Positions 34,156 to 59,599 of a stretch of DNA of 64,000 nucleotides are shown one piece after another (position 1 is the first letter of the stretch; every line of letters starts with the position of its first letter). The DNA is from Zygnema circumcarinatum SAG 698-1b (lineage: Eukaryota > Plantae > Zygnematophyceae): the NCBI GenBank assembly GCA_037447605.1, contig CM074811.1, positions 310,001-374,000 of the forward strand, given 5' to 3'. The notes below the pieces were generated by a model that ran no database searches, was not told where the DNA came from, and worked only from the letters and a program-made list of their open reading frames with translations. Made by a program: the position numbers and the translations under genes.

Positions 34156-35122
34156 GCGTTCTGAGTGGTTTTTGTACAGTCAGTGCGTGTTTTGTATAAT
34201 AGGATTTTGAACTCCAGACAGAGGGATGCTGCTGTACATTAGGGTTTTGGGCTCCAAGCAGAAGGGGTGCACTGTGGAACTCCTCGTTTACAAAACTGAC
34301 TCAGAATCAGAATCAGAATCACGCTCAGAATCACTACTGAGAGCTGGTGAATGGACTCATCCTATCAGATGTGAGTCAAGATGTGAGACCTGAACTTTAT
34401 AATCACAATCGGAATCGATAATATGAGCATACTGCAATGTACATATTCCATATGTGACCCTCGAGTTAGAGTTATCCTGTGCCTATTCATAAGCCCCAAC
34501 AAACCCGAAACCCTAAACTCAAAACCCGAAGTTAGGAAAGCTGACCCTAACCCCATCTCCCGATCCCATGGAGAAATGGCTTTCAGTATGAGTCGCCATG
34601 TGATTGCCAACAGAATGCTGCACACAACCGCCGACCCTAAACCTGAAGTCGAATTCACAATGCCTTCATGGTAAACATATTGATAGATTAAAAAAAAGAA
34701 CTTGAAAGTTCAAAGCGGCCAACAACAGAATCCAGGCTCTCGTTTGGTGTTTGCCATTAAGATGTTATTTACATCCTGTTTTACATATGGGTCTAGGGTC
34801 TTGAGTATTTAGGGTTTCGGATTGGCAGGCCTAGCCGTAATGAGTATTAAGGAAAGTGGAGAGCCTCAAACCACGTAAACCATGCTCTGTAAAGGAGTCC
34901 CTGACGTACATACTCGTGATAGATACAGGCACGCTTCAATATTCGACATGGAAAGCCCTTCAACTGGCAAGCATCCATTTCGAATGACAAAAGAACTGAA
35001 TTTCCATTCAGCATTTGAGTGATGAGGTGACTGAAACCCTGACTTTTTCCATTGACTTTGACTCCTTTCCGATGAGAGCCTTAGCTTTTCCTATCAGTTG
35101 TGTCCACGGACAGCTCGTCTCG

Positions 35123-38100
35123 TCAGTACTGCTTATCCTTTTTCAGTCGACCAAACCAAGCCGTTCCCTGAGCCAAATGTGTCCGAGTTCGTCGCAGGTC
35201 CCCCTGCAACTTCTTGTTTCTGAAAACACAACATTTTGCAAAATCCCTCAGTCATAGTTCACACAAGAAAAAGCGGAGAGGTCGGAAGTACGATGGAGGG
35301 GGAAGGGGAGTGGGACTGGGGGTAGGAGGGAGAAGGAGAGAGGAAGTGGGATGGAGGGGAAAGGGTGGGAGGAAGGGGGGGAGGGGAGAGGGAAAGGGAG
35401 TGGGATGGATGGAGAAGGGGAACGAAAGTGGGAATGGAAGGGGCAGGAGAGGGGGTGGGGAGGGGTTATAGGAGAGGGGAGATGGTGAAGGGGAGTAGGA
35501 GAGGGTTTGGGAAAGGGAACGGGAGGGGCATGAAGACGGAAAGGGGGAAGTCTGGAGGAAGGGGTGGAGGTGAAAGAGAGAGAAAGAAATAGGGACTTCA
35601 CCCACTTATTGCCTTCCACTGCAGCTTTCATGGACCAACAGTTGACAGAATTTGGGGCAGCCGGGAGCAGGGGAGGCTTACCGCATGTGAAAGTGCACAG
35701 AACAGTAGAAAGTAAACAGAAGGAAGACGAGGAATGCCACCTCCGCATAATAAAAAACTCGCGAATTCCACTTCTGCATGAAGGAGATTACAGCATTCAG
35801 CCACCCCCGATCAAACCGACCTTCAGAAGGGAAACATTAATCATCAGACAATGGATGAGTGTATGCTGTACGGACTCTGCTTGCTTTCAACTCTCCCTCC
35901 ACTACCCTCTCTCACCCTTTCTCCACCTCTTTCCGCACTCCCTTTTTCTAGAGCAAATACGCAAATGCTCATATACATGTTTAATCGCGGACCGTTGTCG
36001 TCATTCTGATGCCAAAATGAGTGGGAGTGTCTCTTGCTTGATAACAAGACAAAAGCTTCAGGAAAGTACTGATGTGAGTGATTCCCTTTTTTAAGTTAAT
36101 ACAAAAAAAAAAAAAAGAGTTCTTCTGAAGGAGTCCGTCAGACTCACACTCCCGCCCATGGGAAACATCACACGATCTTTGTCGCACGTGTGAGACTCAC
36201 AGAACTGCTTTCTTAGAAACTCTGCAGCATAGATAAGAATAGAAAGAGACATAGAGACAGAACTCTGTTAGTATTGACCAGTCATTGCTTATTATCTCTG
36301 TCTGCTTGAACATCTGCTCAACTTCATTACCTTAATCGCCAATACAAACCAATGGTCTTGATAGGTTGCAACTCAAAGCAGAAGCAAAAGCAAAGCTAAA
36401 GTTGAAGCAGAAGCAAAAAAAGCTACAGCTGAAGTTCAAAACGTTGGCAGACTTAAGAGTTGGAAATTCTCTGTGATATTTCTCACATACGTCGTGCATT
36501 ATATGTGTATGTATATATATATATTCCATGAAATATATGCGCAAGAGATGAAAACTGACGAAGAAAGGAAGGTCCGGGTAGAGAATACCGTTCAAATGAC
36601 GAGCTTCCACACTTGAAGATTCCGGGAAACATTGATCTGCCATCACCTGCATCATAATTCATAAGAGCAAAAGAATTGAGACTTCAATGCATTGGCCAAT
36701 GAAGGTCAAGGAGAAGCGGGAATTCTGGACCATCATATATCTTCCAAAAGGAAACAAAATGGCAAAGAAAAGGAAAGGAAATGTAAGCCACGATTAAACC
36801 AATATCCTCATATTCAACCTGTCCTAAGAATTCAAGTGGCTCTTGCATTCTGTCGGCTTTCTGTTTTGAAGATACAAGATTGAATTCAAATAACATGGGG
36901 AAAAAAGTAGAATTGGTTCTTTTCTATACCATAGCCATGCCAACTGAAGTAAAGAGGCATTTTAGGGCTTCTGAATTAGGGTACTACTTCTTCCCTATCC
37001 CTCCCTCTCCCTCCCTCTCTCCCTCTCTCACATCCGAATGCATCAAACTGTTGAGCCCTATGATTTAACGACCTCACATAAATGGCGTCTCCTCTCCATT
37101 TCTGCTTTGCTGCACTTTTTGTCCAAATGCTTCTTTCCACTGCTCACATATTGATCGCAGTGAATGAGAGGGCATAAATCTGCAAAGCATCCAAGTTCCT
37201 GCATATAACGGCAAAAAGAGAGTCATGGATAGTCAAAAGGTGTCGAATTATGAACCCTTCGAAATGCCAAAGTCAGCAATCCAAGTATTGTGAGGCATAG
37301 AGTGAGAGTGAGAGAGAGAGAGAGAGGGAGGGATGCTGACCTTCTCAACTTGGTCTGCGTGCCTGTTATCAAAGTGTTTGTCGATGTATTCCTCTGATTT
37401 GAAACGTTTGAAGCAGACTCCGCACTTCCAATTGTTGGGATGGTTCTTCACTTTCATTTTTTCTTGCTTTGAGAACATATCATTGAGAGGATGAAGTTTG
37501 CATTTTTGTGATAAATTGTACTTCTGCTTTTCCACAAAGGGCTGAAGATACTGCCACCAAGTTACAACAGAAGAGGAACAGTCAACAGCAAGTCCCTTTG
37601 AGCAAAACCAATTTTTCGAGTACATGCACGAGCCACGCAATGACATTCCCAAACTAGTGATGATGAAGACTGTTCAGAAGTTCCACATATGTGGAAGTGG
37701 AAAGACATTTTTTAACTCACAAAGAACAAGCAGTCATGTGCTGCACATGTTCATTCCTCCCAAAACTCAGCTCATGGTGATATGATGTTGCTACGCTATA
37801 ACGCCGTAGAGGGAGAGGGAGAGGGAGAGGGAGAGGGAGAGGGAGAGGGAGAGGGAGAGGGAGAGGGATGGGAGCAGAGAGGATGCACACACTTGCGCAA
37901 GCATGCCTCTTAACTTTCATTGCACTAACCTCCTCAAGGACAGAGTGCGCAATTCTGCTTTTTGCCCGAGAACATTTGAAGACGTCCACTGACCGTTCCG
38001 GCGTTGATAGAGATGCCTTTCTGCCAATGCCAACAAATGTAGGATGCAAAACGACCTTGCTTGATAAGACCCTCTTTATATGCAATCAGCACAGTGTAAT

Positions 38101-38889
38101 AGGAGCTAAATACATGTCAATAGACTCCGTTTGATTGTGGTGAGCACAATTAAAGAGGATTCAGGGATTGACTTCTGAAAGAAAGATAAGACTTCGAATA
38201 TTGAGCAATAAATAATCACGAGGAAAAAATTGGAAGGAAACGCTTTCACTCACCTTGATCTGGTTCTCGCATTTATTCTTTGAGTAGCAAACTGTTCCCA
38301 GCTCCAAAAAGCACAACATTACAAATGTTTTGCCGATTTCCAATGACCTGAAAGCAAAGCAGAGGGGTACAGATTGGTTCACACTTCTGGATGTTTGTGA
38401 TAAGGCAGATTTACTATGGAAACCTCATGCATGCTTATCAAACGGTGGTTTAACAATACAGCGCACAAGTCACAGGCACTTGTGCCCATTTCTGGTCTAA
38501 CTGTTATCTCGTAAGAAAAAATAGGGTTTGCCAGTCTCTCAGCCTCAAAGCATTTAGAGATGTCTCCGTCCAAAAACGAGACATACTAAAATTTCTTGAA
38601 GTAAGGACCTCTACCGTGAAGAGATGAGGGGCACTCAATCAAATACCAGCCACTTCCCGCAAATTGACCAACATCTCATATATCATATCTTTCTGTCCTC
38701 CCCCCCCAATCTCTCTCTCTCTCTCTCTCTGTCTCCCACTCTCTCTCTCTTACATTTAGGGTTCCACGCGGGATCGCTTACATTACACTCTGCCCGTGTC
38801 AAGAAGTAAGTAAAAAAGACGACGCTGAAGAGCAGCAGAAACAGGCTGCGCGAGACTCTATGCTCGGCCCTCCTCCCCGCGGCAGCCAT
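35123..38889 (-). CDS. C2H2-like zinc-finger/Cys-rich protein with N-terminal signal anchor and C-terminal TM helix, resembling At5g63280; multi-exon
   Basis: N-terminal LFLLLFSVVFFTYFL; CSRAKSRIAHSVLEE|YLQPFVEKQKYNLSQKCKLHPLND; WKCGVCFKRFKSEEYIDKHFDNRH (C-x2-C-x12-H-x4-H); CFADLCPLIHCD; RRHLCE|VMADQCFP; FLRKQFCESHTCD; TM VFYYAEVAFLVFLLFTFYCSV; terminal RNKKLQGDLRR...KQY*. The exons between exon 1 and the CSR exon are not fully resolved. Confidence 0.87.
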
Positions 38890-40055
38890 GGCGGCGGGAG
38901 GCAGAGGAGAGCCGGAGACGAGGCGGAGTACTGTACCTCCGAACCGCCGTTGGACCAAGGCAATGTGTTGTAGTATCAACATGACATTGTTGTACTCATG
39001 GATGGCAACAACAACTACAACAACAACAACAACGACAACATTGTACACATGGATAAAAACAACAACGAAAACATTGTACTCCTAGATGTAAACAACAACC
39101 ATCAACATTTTACTCAAGGATGAAAACAGCAACAAAAAAATTGTACTCATGTATGACAACAACAACAACAACACGGACAACAACATTGTTCTCGTGAATG
39201 CAAACCACGCACACACACACCACACTTTCCCTTGTTTTTGCTCTGAACAGAAATCGGTCTGCCCGTGAACAAAATGTCCATCGGAAAATTCCCCTTACCG
39301 TAAAACCGAACAGGTTGAGAAAAAAAAATTAAAGAGTTTGGCTTCTCTCAAAAAACAAAAACTTTCAAAACCAGTTTCTCAAGAAAAACCCACTATTTGT
39401 GAACACGATTCATTTTGGAAAATGAGAAATAAATTCCTAATTGTTTTTCTGAATACAATTTTTACGGAGAACCAATTGAACGTTGAACACTCAATTATCG
39501 TTCGTATTCAATTTGAGTTGTCCTTGGGTCCACCGATTAACAGTTAGATTTCAGTGGATCGCAAAGCGCGTGGACCCGGCTGTTCGTACAGAAATTGTTG
39601 ATCTGCTCGCCCGAAGAATCGTACGGCAAAACTGGCGCTCGGGCTACAGTAACCGGATCCCTCCAATCGCACGGAACCAGCGTGGCGAAATTTTGAATCC
39701 GCAAGTGCGACCGAACCAATTGAGTCTTTGAACTTTTTTCCTTGAAAATTTTCACTTTCTTAAATCGAAAAAGTGTCGACCTCGAGTATTCAAAGTTCGA
39801 CCCCTTTATTCAGTATGGTTGAGAATTCCTCGTGGTTCCCCATGCTGCTGATGTTGTTCGTGTACATTTGATGGCCTCGGCATGCGTGAGATCGATGCCC
39901 CTTCCTTTTTCAGAATTGAGAAACTAAGTAAACTCCTTTCTCAACTTCTCAACCTGTTCGGTTTCACGGTAGTCTTACTCCCTGTCGTCCTTCCACGCCT
40001 CCCTCCGAGGCCTTATCAAGATGGGGCGGTTGCAAACGGCAGGCGGTTACCTTGG

Positions 40056-40132
40056 TTTTTAGGGTTCTTTAGGGTTTTAGGGTATGTAGGGTTTAGGGTT
40101 TAGGGTTTAGGGTTTTCAGGGTTTTAGGGTTT
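40056..40132 (+). repeat. Interstitial telomere-like array (9 units, TTTAGGG/TTTTAGGG and variants)
   Basis: TTTTTAGGG TTCTTTAGGG TTTTAGGG TATGTAGGG TTTAGGG x3 TTTTCAGGG TTTTAGGG. Confidence 0.9.
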
Positions 40133-40897
40133 CACCCCACCCCCAGGTTTCACTTCAACCCCTTCGTGCAGGTTCTGTCGTTTCTGCTGCTCTTCTGCTT
40201 CTATGTAACAAATTACTTTTACGGGACGAAACTGAACAGCGTCTCCACGTGCTCCGGCCGTACGCTGGCTGGCGACTGCCAGCGTTGCCCCTGATTGGTG
40301 GAAGATTGCCCCCACTGAAAAATTAGGGTTTCTCCGCTGTGCTGCTACCGTGGTCTCCTATTGGGCCACATGATTCCGATCCGTATGGTCGCCACTGCCG
40401 ACATGCCACCGACAAAAAAAGGAGAGCGCTCATTCGCTGTTCGATCCACGTGACATGCCATGTGGGATTTGGAACGAATGGCGGCCCTTCGCCACTAGCG
40501 CAGCCAATCCGGTTCCTGCGCGCAAGGGCAAATTTCGACCGTCAGCCACCAGCAGGAGATGTCAGACTCCAAAAATCATCGGCGATCCTCACGAGAGAGA
40601 GAACTTCCATTTATCTGAAACTGAAAGAGTACTCTGCAGAAATCGCGGTCAGAGAGAAAAGTGTTCGCCATACACACTGCACAATACTCGTTACTTATCA
40701 ATCGAACGAACTTGACGTTTTGGTCGACCCTGAAACTGAAGCCCAACCGCCCGAAATTTCAGCTTTAGCAGCGATTTGGGGCCCTTCCGTTTCTCCCATT
40801 CAAAGCCCACTTGCAAAATTCTCGGGGTCTCTCAAAAATAGCAGACGAGCCCTCCTTCCCTCCCTCCCTCCCTCCACAGTCCCCCTCGCTCTCCGCC

Positions 40898-42954
40898 ATG
40901 GCGCTCTCACCCTCGCCCTCTCCCTCCCTCTCCCTCCTGTCCCTCTCCCTCTCCCTCTCCCTCCTCTCCCTCTCCCTCCACGCGTCCGCCTCCCCCCCCA
41001 CTTCCGAATTCCGCCCCATCATCGAACGCACCTTCTACTCGCCCCCCTTCGAGCTCGGCCCCGGCGGCGTCGTCAAGGAGTGGTACCCCCTCGAGTTCCC
41101 CGAGGGCCACTTCGCCGTCCGCTCCTTCAACGCGGAGCTCGTCGACGAGGCCCTGAACCCTGCGCCTCTCAACGAGGTTTATCTCCACCATTGGACGGTC
41201 CGAAACTTTCGGGAGGGAGAGCCCGACCCTTACATTCTCCCCTCTCCCAGCGACACCCCTCGCCCCTTCTACCACGAGTCTGCGTTCTACGGCCCACGTG
41301 GGGTCCCCCCCATGTTCGGTGATGGTATAGGGGGGGGGGAGGAGGCAGATTGCGACACGGGGCGGTTAGGGGACATTGGGGCGTGGTTTGGGGTAGGGAG
41401 TGAGACCCGCCATACTAATACTTCTTTTGTGGCTCCGTACGGGGTGGAAATAGGAAACCCAAATAAGGCTAAGCAGTTTTGGAGGGCTCAGATTCACGCG
41501 ATCGATACGAGGGAGACCGTTGATCCATGGGGCTGTCTGGAATGCCTTTGTGATCTGTATGAGACCAATGGGGTAGATGGGTTTGGGAGGCCTCTCCCGG
41601 AGGGGTATGTTGGGGGGTTCTTGTGCTGCTACACGGGGATGACGTGTCGGCTTAAGGACCCTGCGACGGCGGTGCAAGTAGCGCCCAAGAAGACGCGGCA
41701 TTTGAAGTATACGATTCAGTATGTGCCCTGGGACGAATGCGTGGTGCCCGTGAAGGTCTACTTTGTGGACGTGGCGGGATGCGCGGTGAGTGCAGAGGGA
41801 GGGAAAGGGGAATGGGAGGGAGGGAGGGAGGGAGGGCGANNNNNNNNNNAGGGAGGGAGGGAGGGAGGGAGAGAGATAGGGAGAGGGAGGGAGGGAGGCA
41901 GGAGGAGGGAGGGAGGGAGGGAGGTGTTGTTGACCCGCGTCGGGGGAGGGAGGTGGTGTGCAGGGAGAGTACGACGTGCCTCCATGCAAGCCTCACGGGA
42001 CAGTGGGGGAGTGCGTCCACAAGAAGCCGCGTGTCCTCACGTTCCCTAAAGAGGGCCATCTGGTGACGGCGGAGGGCCATCTGCACTACGGCGGCATCGG
42101 CATCAGCTTGCGGCGGCAGGTGGGCCCAAACCCCTAACCCCTGTTTCTTGGGGTTTTAGTATTATTATGATCACTTCTTGAGGTTTCAATCAACCCATGT
42201 GATCAGGAATGACTTCTGCCTTGTCTCCCTATTGAAATGCCTTCGTTCCCACCCACCAGAATGGGGACATGATCTGCGACTCCGTCCCTCGCTTTGGCCG
42301 CGGCGGGGAGGGTGACGTCGGCGACGAGGCGGGCTACGTCACCGGCATGGGCGTGTGCTCCTTTGGGCGCGAGGAGGTCCACGTGGCGGCCAACGAGAGC
42401 GTCCACGTGGAGGCCGCGTACTACCGCTTGGGGGGACACACGGGCGTGATGGGGCAGTACGTCATCGGGTTTGCGGTGACGTCAGACTACGTCACTCCTC
42501 CCAACGGCGTCTGCCTCGGCCCGAAGGCCCTCAACGGCGGACTCGTTCCACAGGTGGGTTCCATGCTGCATGTTCCATTTCAGTTTTTCCCAGTTACCAG
42601 TTCAATATAACAGGTTCCAAGCAGCTTCATGGGCGATTTCAACAGAGACCCGTCCAAATTTCACGTCACATGTGGCCTTGAAATACTGCTTACTGTGGAC
42701 CAGATTGTTCTATGTCCGACATGTTTCAGTGGGGTTTGACCATTACTGTAACTGTTTGTGTGCATGTAATCTGTTGGGCATAGAGCGCCGGAGGGGGTGC
42801 ACCGGCGGTGCCGTTAACGGTGGTCTTGACGTTCGGAGGAGCCATGGCGGCGGGAGTTGTGGCGGGCGTTCTGGCGGCCATGGCCATCGCGCGGGGGAGG
42901 AGGGAGGGCGGCCCCGGGAGCTTCGCGCCGCTCCTCCCTTCTTCTTCGGCATGA
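40898..42954 (+). CDS. Stress up-regulated Nod19 (SURNod19) family protein with signal peptide and C-terminal TM helix; 4 exons
   Basis: Family motifs FYSPPFELGPG, FPEGHFAVRSFNAELVDE, EVYLHHW, GVGSETRHT, HAIDTR, GCLECLCDLY, YVGGFLCCY, HLHYGGIG, ICDSVP..G....GDEAGYVTGMGVC, HTGVMG. Three GT-AG phase-0 introns. The last exon encodes a hydrophobic VLTFGGAMAAGVVAGVLAAMAIA segment. Confidence 0.9.
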
Positions 42955-42977
42955 GGGAGCGGGGGGAGAGGCTGTGT

Positions 42978-43092
42978 GGGTTCAGGGTTCAGGGTTCAGG
43001 GTTCAGGGTTCAGGGTTCAGGGTTCAGGGTTCAGGGTTCAGGGTTCAGGGTTCAAGGTTCAGGGTTCAGGGTGTGAAGTTTAGGGTTCAGGG
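42978..43092 (+). repeat. (TTCAGGG)n telomere-variant array just after the SURNod19 stop codon
   Basis: 10 perfect TTCAGGG units (42981-43050), one TTCAAGG, 2 more TTCAGGG, then TTTAGGG and TTCAGGG. Confidence 0.95.
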
Positions 43093-43577
43093 TGCCTGCA
43101 AGTTTGGTTTTGGGTTTCACGTGCAAGTTAGGGTTAGGGTGAATAAGTTATGTGAAACTGACGCTTGCAAAGTTCAGGGTTTGGAGTTGTTTGTATGTGA
43201 GACGTGGCATACAGTAGCGTTGTATGTATGATAAGTGGAGAATAGCTTCAATGATCCTATTATATACATATGTATTATACCGTATATGCATTTTTAGTTT
43301 ACATTTGATTGTTTTCTAAAAATAAAAGTTAGGGCAAAAATAACATGTTTGAGACACGCAACTGGACACATCATCAGGAAGGGACACGGTTTTTTTTTTT
43401 TTTGCTTGATGAGGAAACCCTTCGCCCATGTGATGATATGTGAGCAAGGCCACGTGGAGGTCGGGACATGAACAACGCCGCAGCAGCAGGAGGAGAGAGG
43501 GACCCAATAGCTTTTTGGGCCCTTTGTCTTTGTTTTGAAGGGAGCGCAAAGTTTTAGACAAGAAGCAGTGGCGCATG

Positions 43578-48195
<4,618 letters not shown>

Positions 48196-48884
48196 GGTGG
48201 CTTCCTGTTCACAAATCTTCAAGGATTAGTCTAAGTATTGCAGCACCACGTAATTACGTGGAGGAAGAAAGAACCATGAAGAAGCCCACAACCTCCCATG
48301 ATGGAAATGTTTCAGTAATATTGTTCAGCAAGTATGCACTCCCTCTTTCCTTCTCATCATCTCCTTCAACTCAGTCGACCATGACGCTCGTCCACTGCCA
48401 GCCAGACGATATCCAAAACCTAAAAACTGGAACAAGTTCACCAGGTGTTGGTATGGCAGAAAATAATTTCCTTGCTTCTCTACATCTTGCTGTTACAGTT
48501 TGCTTGAATAGCATCGTCGCATACGATCATACCAGTGTTGGAAGCCTGAGAACTTTCTGAACTCTATACCGCACTTCTGCTCTCCTCCAGCCTCCACGCG
48601 GGCTGCTTTACAAAAGACCCGAAAAGAAAACCGTTCAAATAGCATGCGCACAGCATTTGCTTGCAGAGAGTGGTGCTGTCGTCCTTTTTTGTGCGATTTT
48701 GCTTTGTCTATATTGCATTTCTGCAGGTTTCATGCAACTGTTAAGCCTGCAGGAAAACCTTCAACGTCATGTGTACAAGTAGAGTGGGCAGCCCTGACTA
48801 TAGACGACTACAGTAGCTGCTCGACCCCACGGCGCCATTGAGATTTCTAGCTCCCTCTCTTTTTCTCTCTCTCTCGTTCCGGAA

Positions 48885-50935
48885 ATGAGTACTGTAGGAG
48901 CATGTATGTCACAGTCATGTCTTCTTCATCAAGAGCCGGTGAAGGAAAGGGAGCCGCAGGTAGCCTCGTCGTGGCACCTTTTACTTACGCAAAAGGCGGA
49001 TGGAAATCGCAGATGGAGCATGTGAGTGCAGGTGCTTTCTTTTCTGCTTTGCAGATTTTTATTTAACATCAGAACAAAAGAACTTCCCTTAGCAAATTAT
49101 GCTCATGCTTTGAAATTAGGATTAAATGCAAGACTGGGGAATGAAACAAACGGGGTTGCCCGGTGTAGAAGGTATTCATTCCTTCAACAAAATAGTTTAA
49201 AAGATTTGGTGCCACGAAAGCAGTCAATGGCCTTCAAATATGGTTTTAAGCAACTCCGCATATTTTTTCGGTTTCTTTGTATCGACATCGGCGAAAAGAG
49301 TCTGCAGTCTTGTGAGAATCACTTTCTGAAGGACTTCAATGCAGTCGATTGACAGCATGTACGGCCTCTGGTGCCCTTTCATTCCTTCTTGCAGGCACCC
49401 AAAACAAGGATTAAGATTTCAAAGAGGGAGAAACATAGAATGTTGCGGGTTGCATTCTCGAAGGAGCGATTTGGTTAGCATTAAAAGAAAAGGACTTCGT
49501 TTCAAAAAGGAACTTGTGAGTGCTCCTTTTCGCTTGTCAATCTCTCCTACTCCTCACCAAAGAAAATTTATCGAGCTCTAGTTGAGAACTTCACTTGGAT
49601 GGATGTTTGGACAAATGAATGCCTGTGAACTTGATAGGTGGCAAATGGGCATGGTTGAAAAAAAGCTATTTTCTTAGTCAGAACTTGTGGTGGTTTATCA
49701 TTGCCCGAACTATTCGCAGGTGAATGAAGGAAGGAGACTAGGAGTTTGTGAGTGTGATTCAAGAGAAACTCGAATTTCAGAAGGTGCCACACTAGATAGT
49801 AAGTCTTACAATCAGTTAAGCATCTTGGATGCGTTCAAACATCCTCGATTCACTCATCAACTAAGCCCCTGAGCCTGCTACAGCTCTATTTGAAGCTGTA
49901 TCCATTCATGCAAGCAAATATGCCGACACAGCAATAAGCACAAATGTTTTTTTAACGCAGTTATTCACATTAACCCTTTCTTTTCGCAGTTGACAAAGCA
50001 GGAGGAGATGAAAAAGGAGAGAGAACGCAAGGAGGGAGCATTGGCGTGAAGGCTGCGCTTGTGCTGCTGAAGTTTTACAAAAGTAAACTGCTCCTTTTGC
50101 ATTATGATAAGCTTCAGCAGTATGTTAACTCCGTCCTTACTGAAGCATACAGTTTCTTAAATTGAATACAGATGTCTATTCTTGAGTTGTCTGTCAAAGT
50201 TCATGAAGACAATGAACGTAGACCATTCATGAGCTGAAACGTCATACTTTGTTGTTGGAAATTTCTGAGGTAGCCAAAGAATGTAAAGGTGGTCGAACAC
50301 ACGGTGATTGCCAGCCATCGAATTTGACCATTTCAAAATGTTCTAGATTCTGCTTGAATGGTGCTAAGAATGAATATGGACAGGTGTAGTTTTATTAAAA
50401 GCTACCCGCTTTTAAATTCTTTCTGCTGGTTACTAATGTCCATTGTAGTCATCGTCATGTGAAAAAAAAAATGAAACGCTGCCTGATTCACTTTTTGGAG
50501 AGGGGGTGTTTCCTTGCAGCTGAGATTTCTCCTCTGCTGCCGGGAAGCTGCCGCTATGTTCCGACCTGCAGCGAATATGCCATGGAAGCCTTCAAGCGGT
50601 ATGGGGTCTCTAAAGGAGCGATTCTCACTGCATGGCGGCTGGCTCGCTGCAATCCCTTTGGTAGGAGCAGCCTATGACTTTCTCTCCCTCTCCCTCTCCC
50701 TCTCCCTCTCCCTCTCCCTNNNNNNNNNNTCTCTCCCTCTCCCTCTCCCTCTCCCTCTCCCTCGCAATCTCTCCTCTCCATGAAAACGTCAATTCCCTAT
50801 GCCACTGCAGTTTGTTTCTTTCCTTTCTTTTGGACTCTTTAAGCGGCTCGTGATCCGCCTTCCCTCCTCACTGCAGGCGGAAGCGGCTTTGACCCTCCAC
50901 GTTGGTTTGGGGAGCCCCGGCCGCCTTCATGCTAG
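48885..50935 (+). CDS. yidD: YidD-like membrane protein insertion efficiency factor (haemolytic domain, UPF0161), probably organelle-targeted
   Basis: GVKAALVLLKFYK|.EISPLLPGSCRYVPTCSEYAMEAFKRYGVSKGAILTAWRLARCNPF|GGSGFDPPRWFGE, with the CRY.PTCS.Y signature. The N-terminal exon structure (48885-49020, 49356-49515, about 49720) is less certain. Confidence 0.9.
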
Positions 50936-51430
50936 CGAGCTGGGATGTGTGGGGGGAGCCATGATCAGCTTCTCTCGCTGAATGACAGTTTGTATGTAGA
51001 ACATGAACTTTTATGATCACTGTTTGCCCTTAAATCTGACGCACATTTGAGTCACATTTCACACATGACATGAGAAAGTCCAAAGAGGGGATGTTTCCAC
51101 AACACTAACATTGTTATATGCCCACATCTCATGCCACCAACATGCGCATGTTCCATACACCAAACATGGCCACAAGCCCACATTCAACCCATGTAGCCAG
51201 CCACACACCCACATGCCATCCATGTGAGGACCCGATGGCCATCGCATGGATGGCCCATGACGCCCGTGACGGTGGGCTGCTTGCCGTCTGAGCTGCGTGG
51301 ACGGCTGCGATGCGATCGCGGTTGAACGATCTGAACGGTTCCGGTTACGGCGGTCGGTGTCCGCCACGCTAGCACGCTCGCGCCACGATGGCGCTGACCT
51401 GGACCAAAAATCATCAGGTTTGCAACTTGA

Positions 51431-51666
51431 TGACGTCATTATATAAATTTCTATTCGATTTATTAAGATGATACTGCCAATGAAAAACGGCCACGTACGC
51501 GTTGTTGCCACGTAAAGATCTTTTATCGGATGATTTTTATAAGATTTCCTCAAGGGATATCAACCCTATGACGTCACCACCCAGTTCCAAGGTCCAGTGA
51601 CCGACCGGAAACGGAGATCTATTGGTCCATGTGGCTGCCAGCGGGGCACTGTTTGACTGCCACGTG
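51431..51666. promoter_or_regulatory. ACGT-element cluster plus telo-boxes upstream of ACS
   Basis: TGACGTCA at 51431 and 51569, CACGTA at 51492 and 51509, CACGTG at 51661; TTAGGGTTT telo-boxes at about 51753-51775. Confidence 0.55.
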
Positions 51667-51855
51667 GCACCCTGCTGAGCTTCCTCCCTTTGAGAGGAGG
51701 CTTGAAGTAGGACCAGCAGACTCAGCTCAGGAAGGGAATACAGGGTTAGAAATTAGGGTTTGAAAGGTTTAGGGTGTTGAGGGAGAGCTGCTACTGTTGC
51801 TGCTGCTTCATTATCTGTTATTTGGGTTCCGTTGGGAGGACACAGAATCTCAACA

Positions 51856-59599
<7,744 letters not shown>

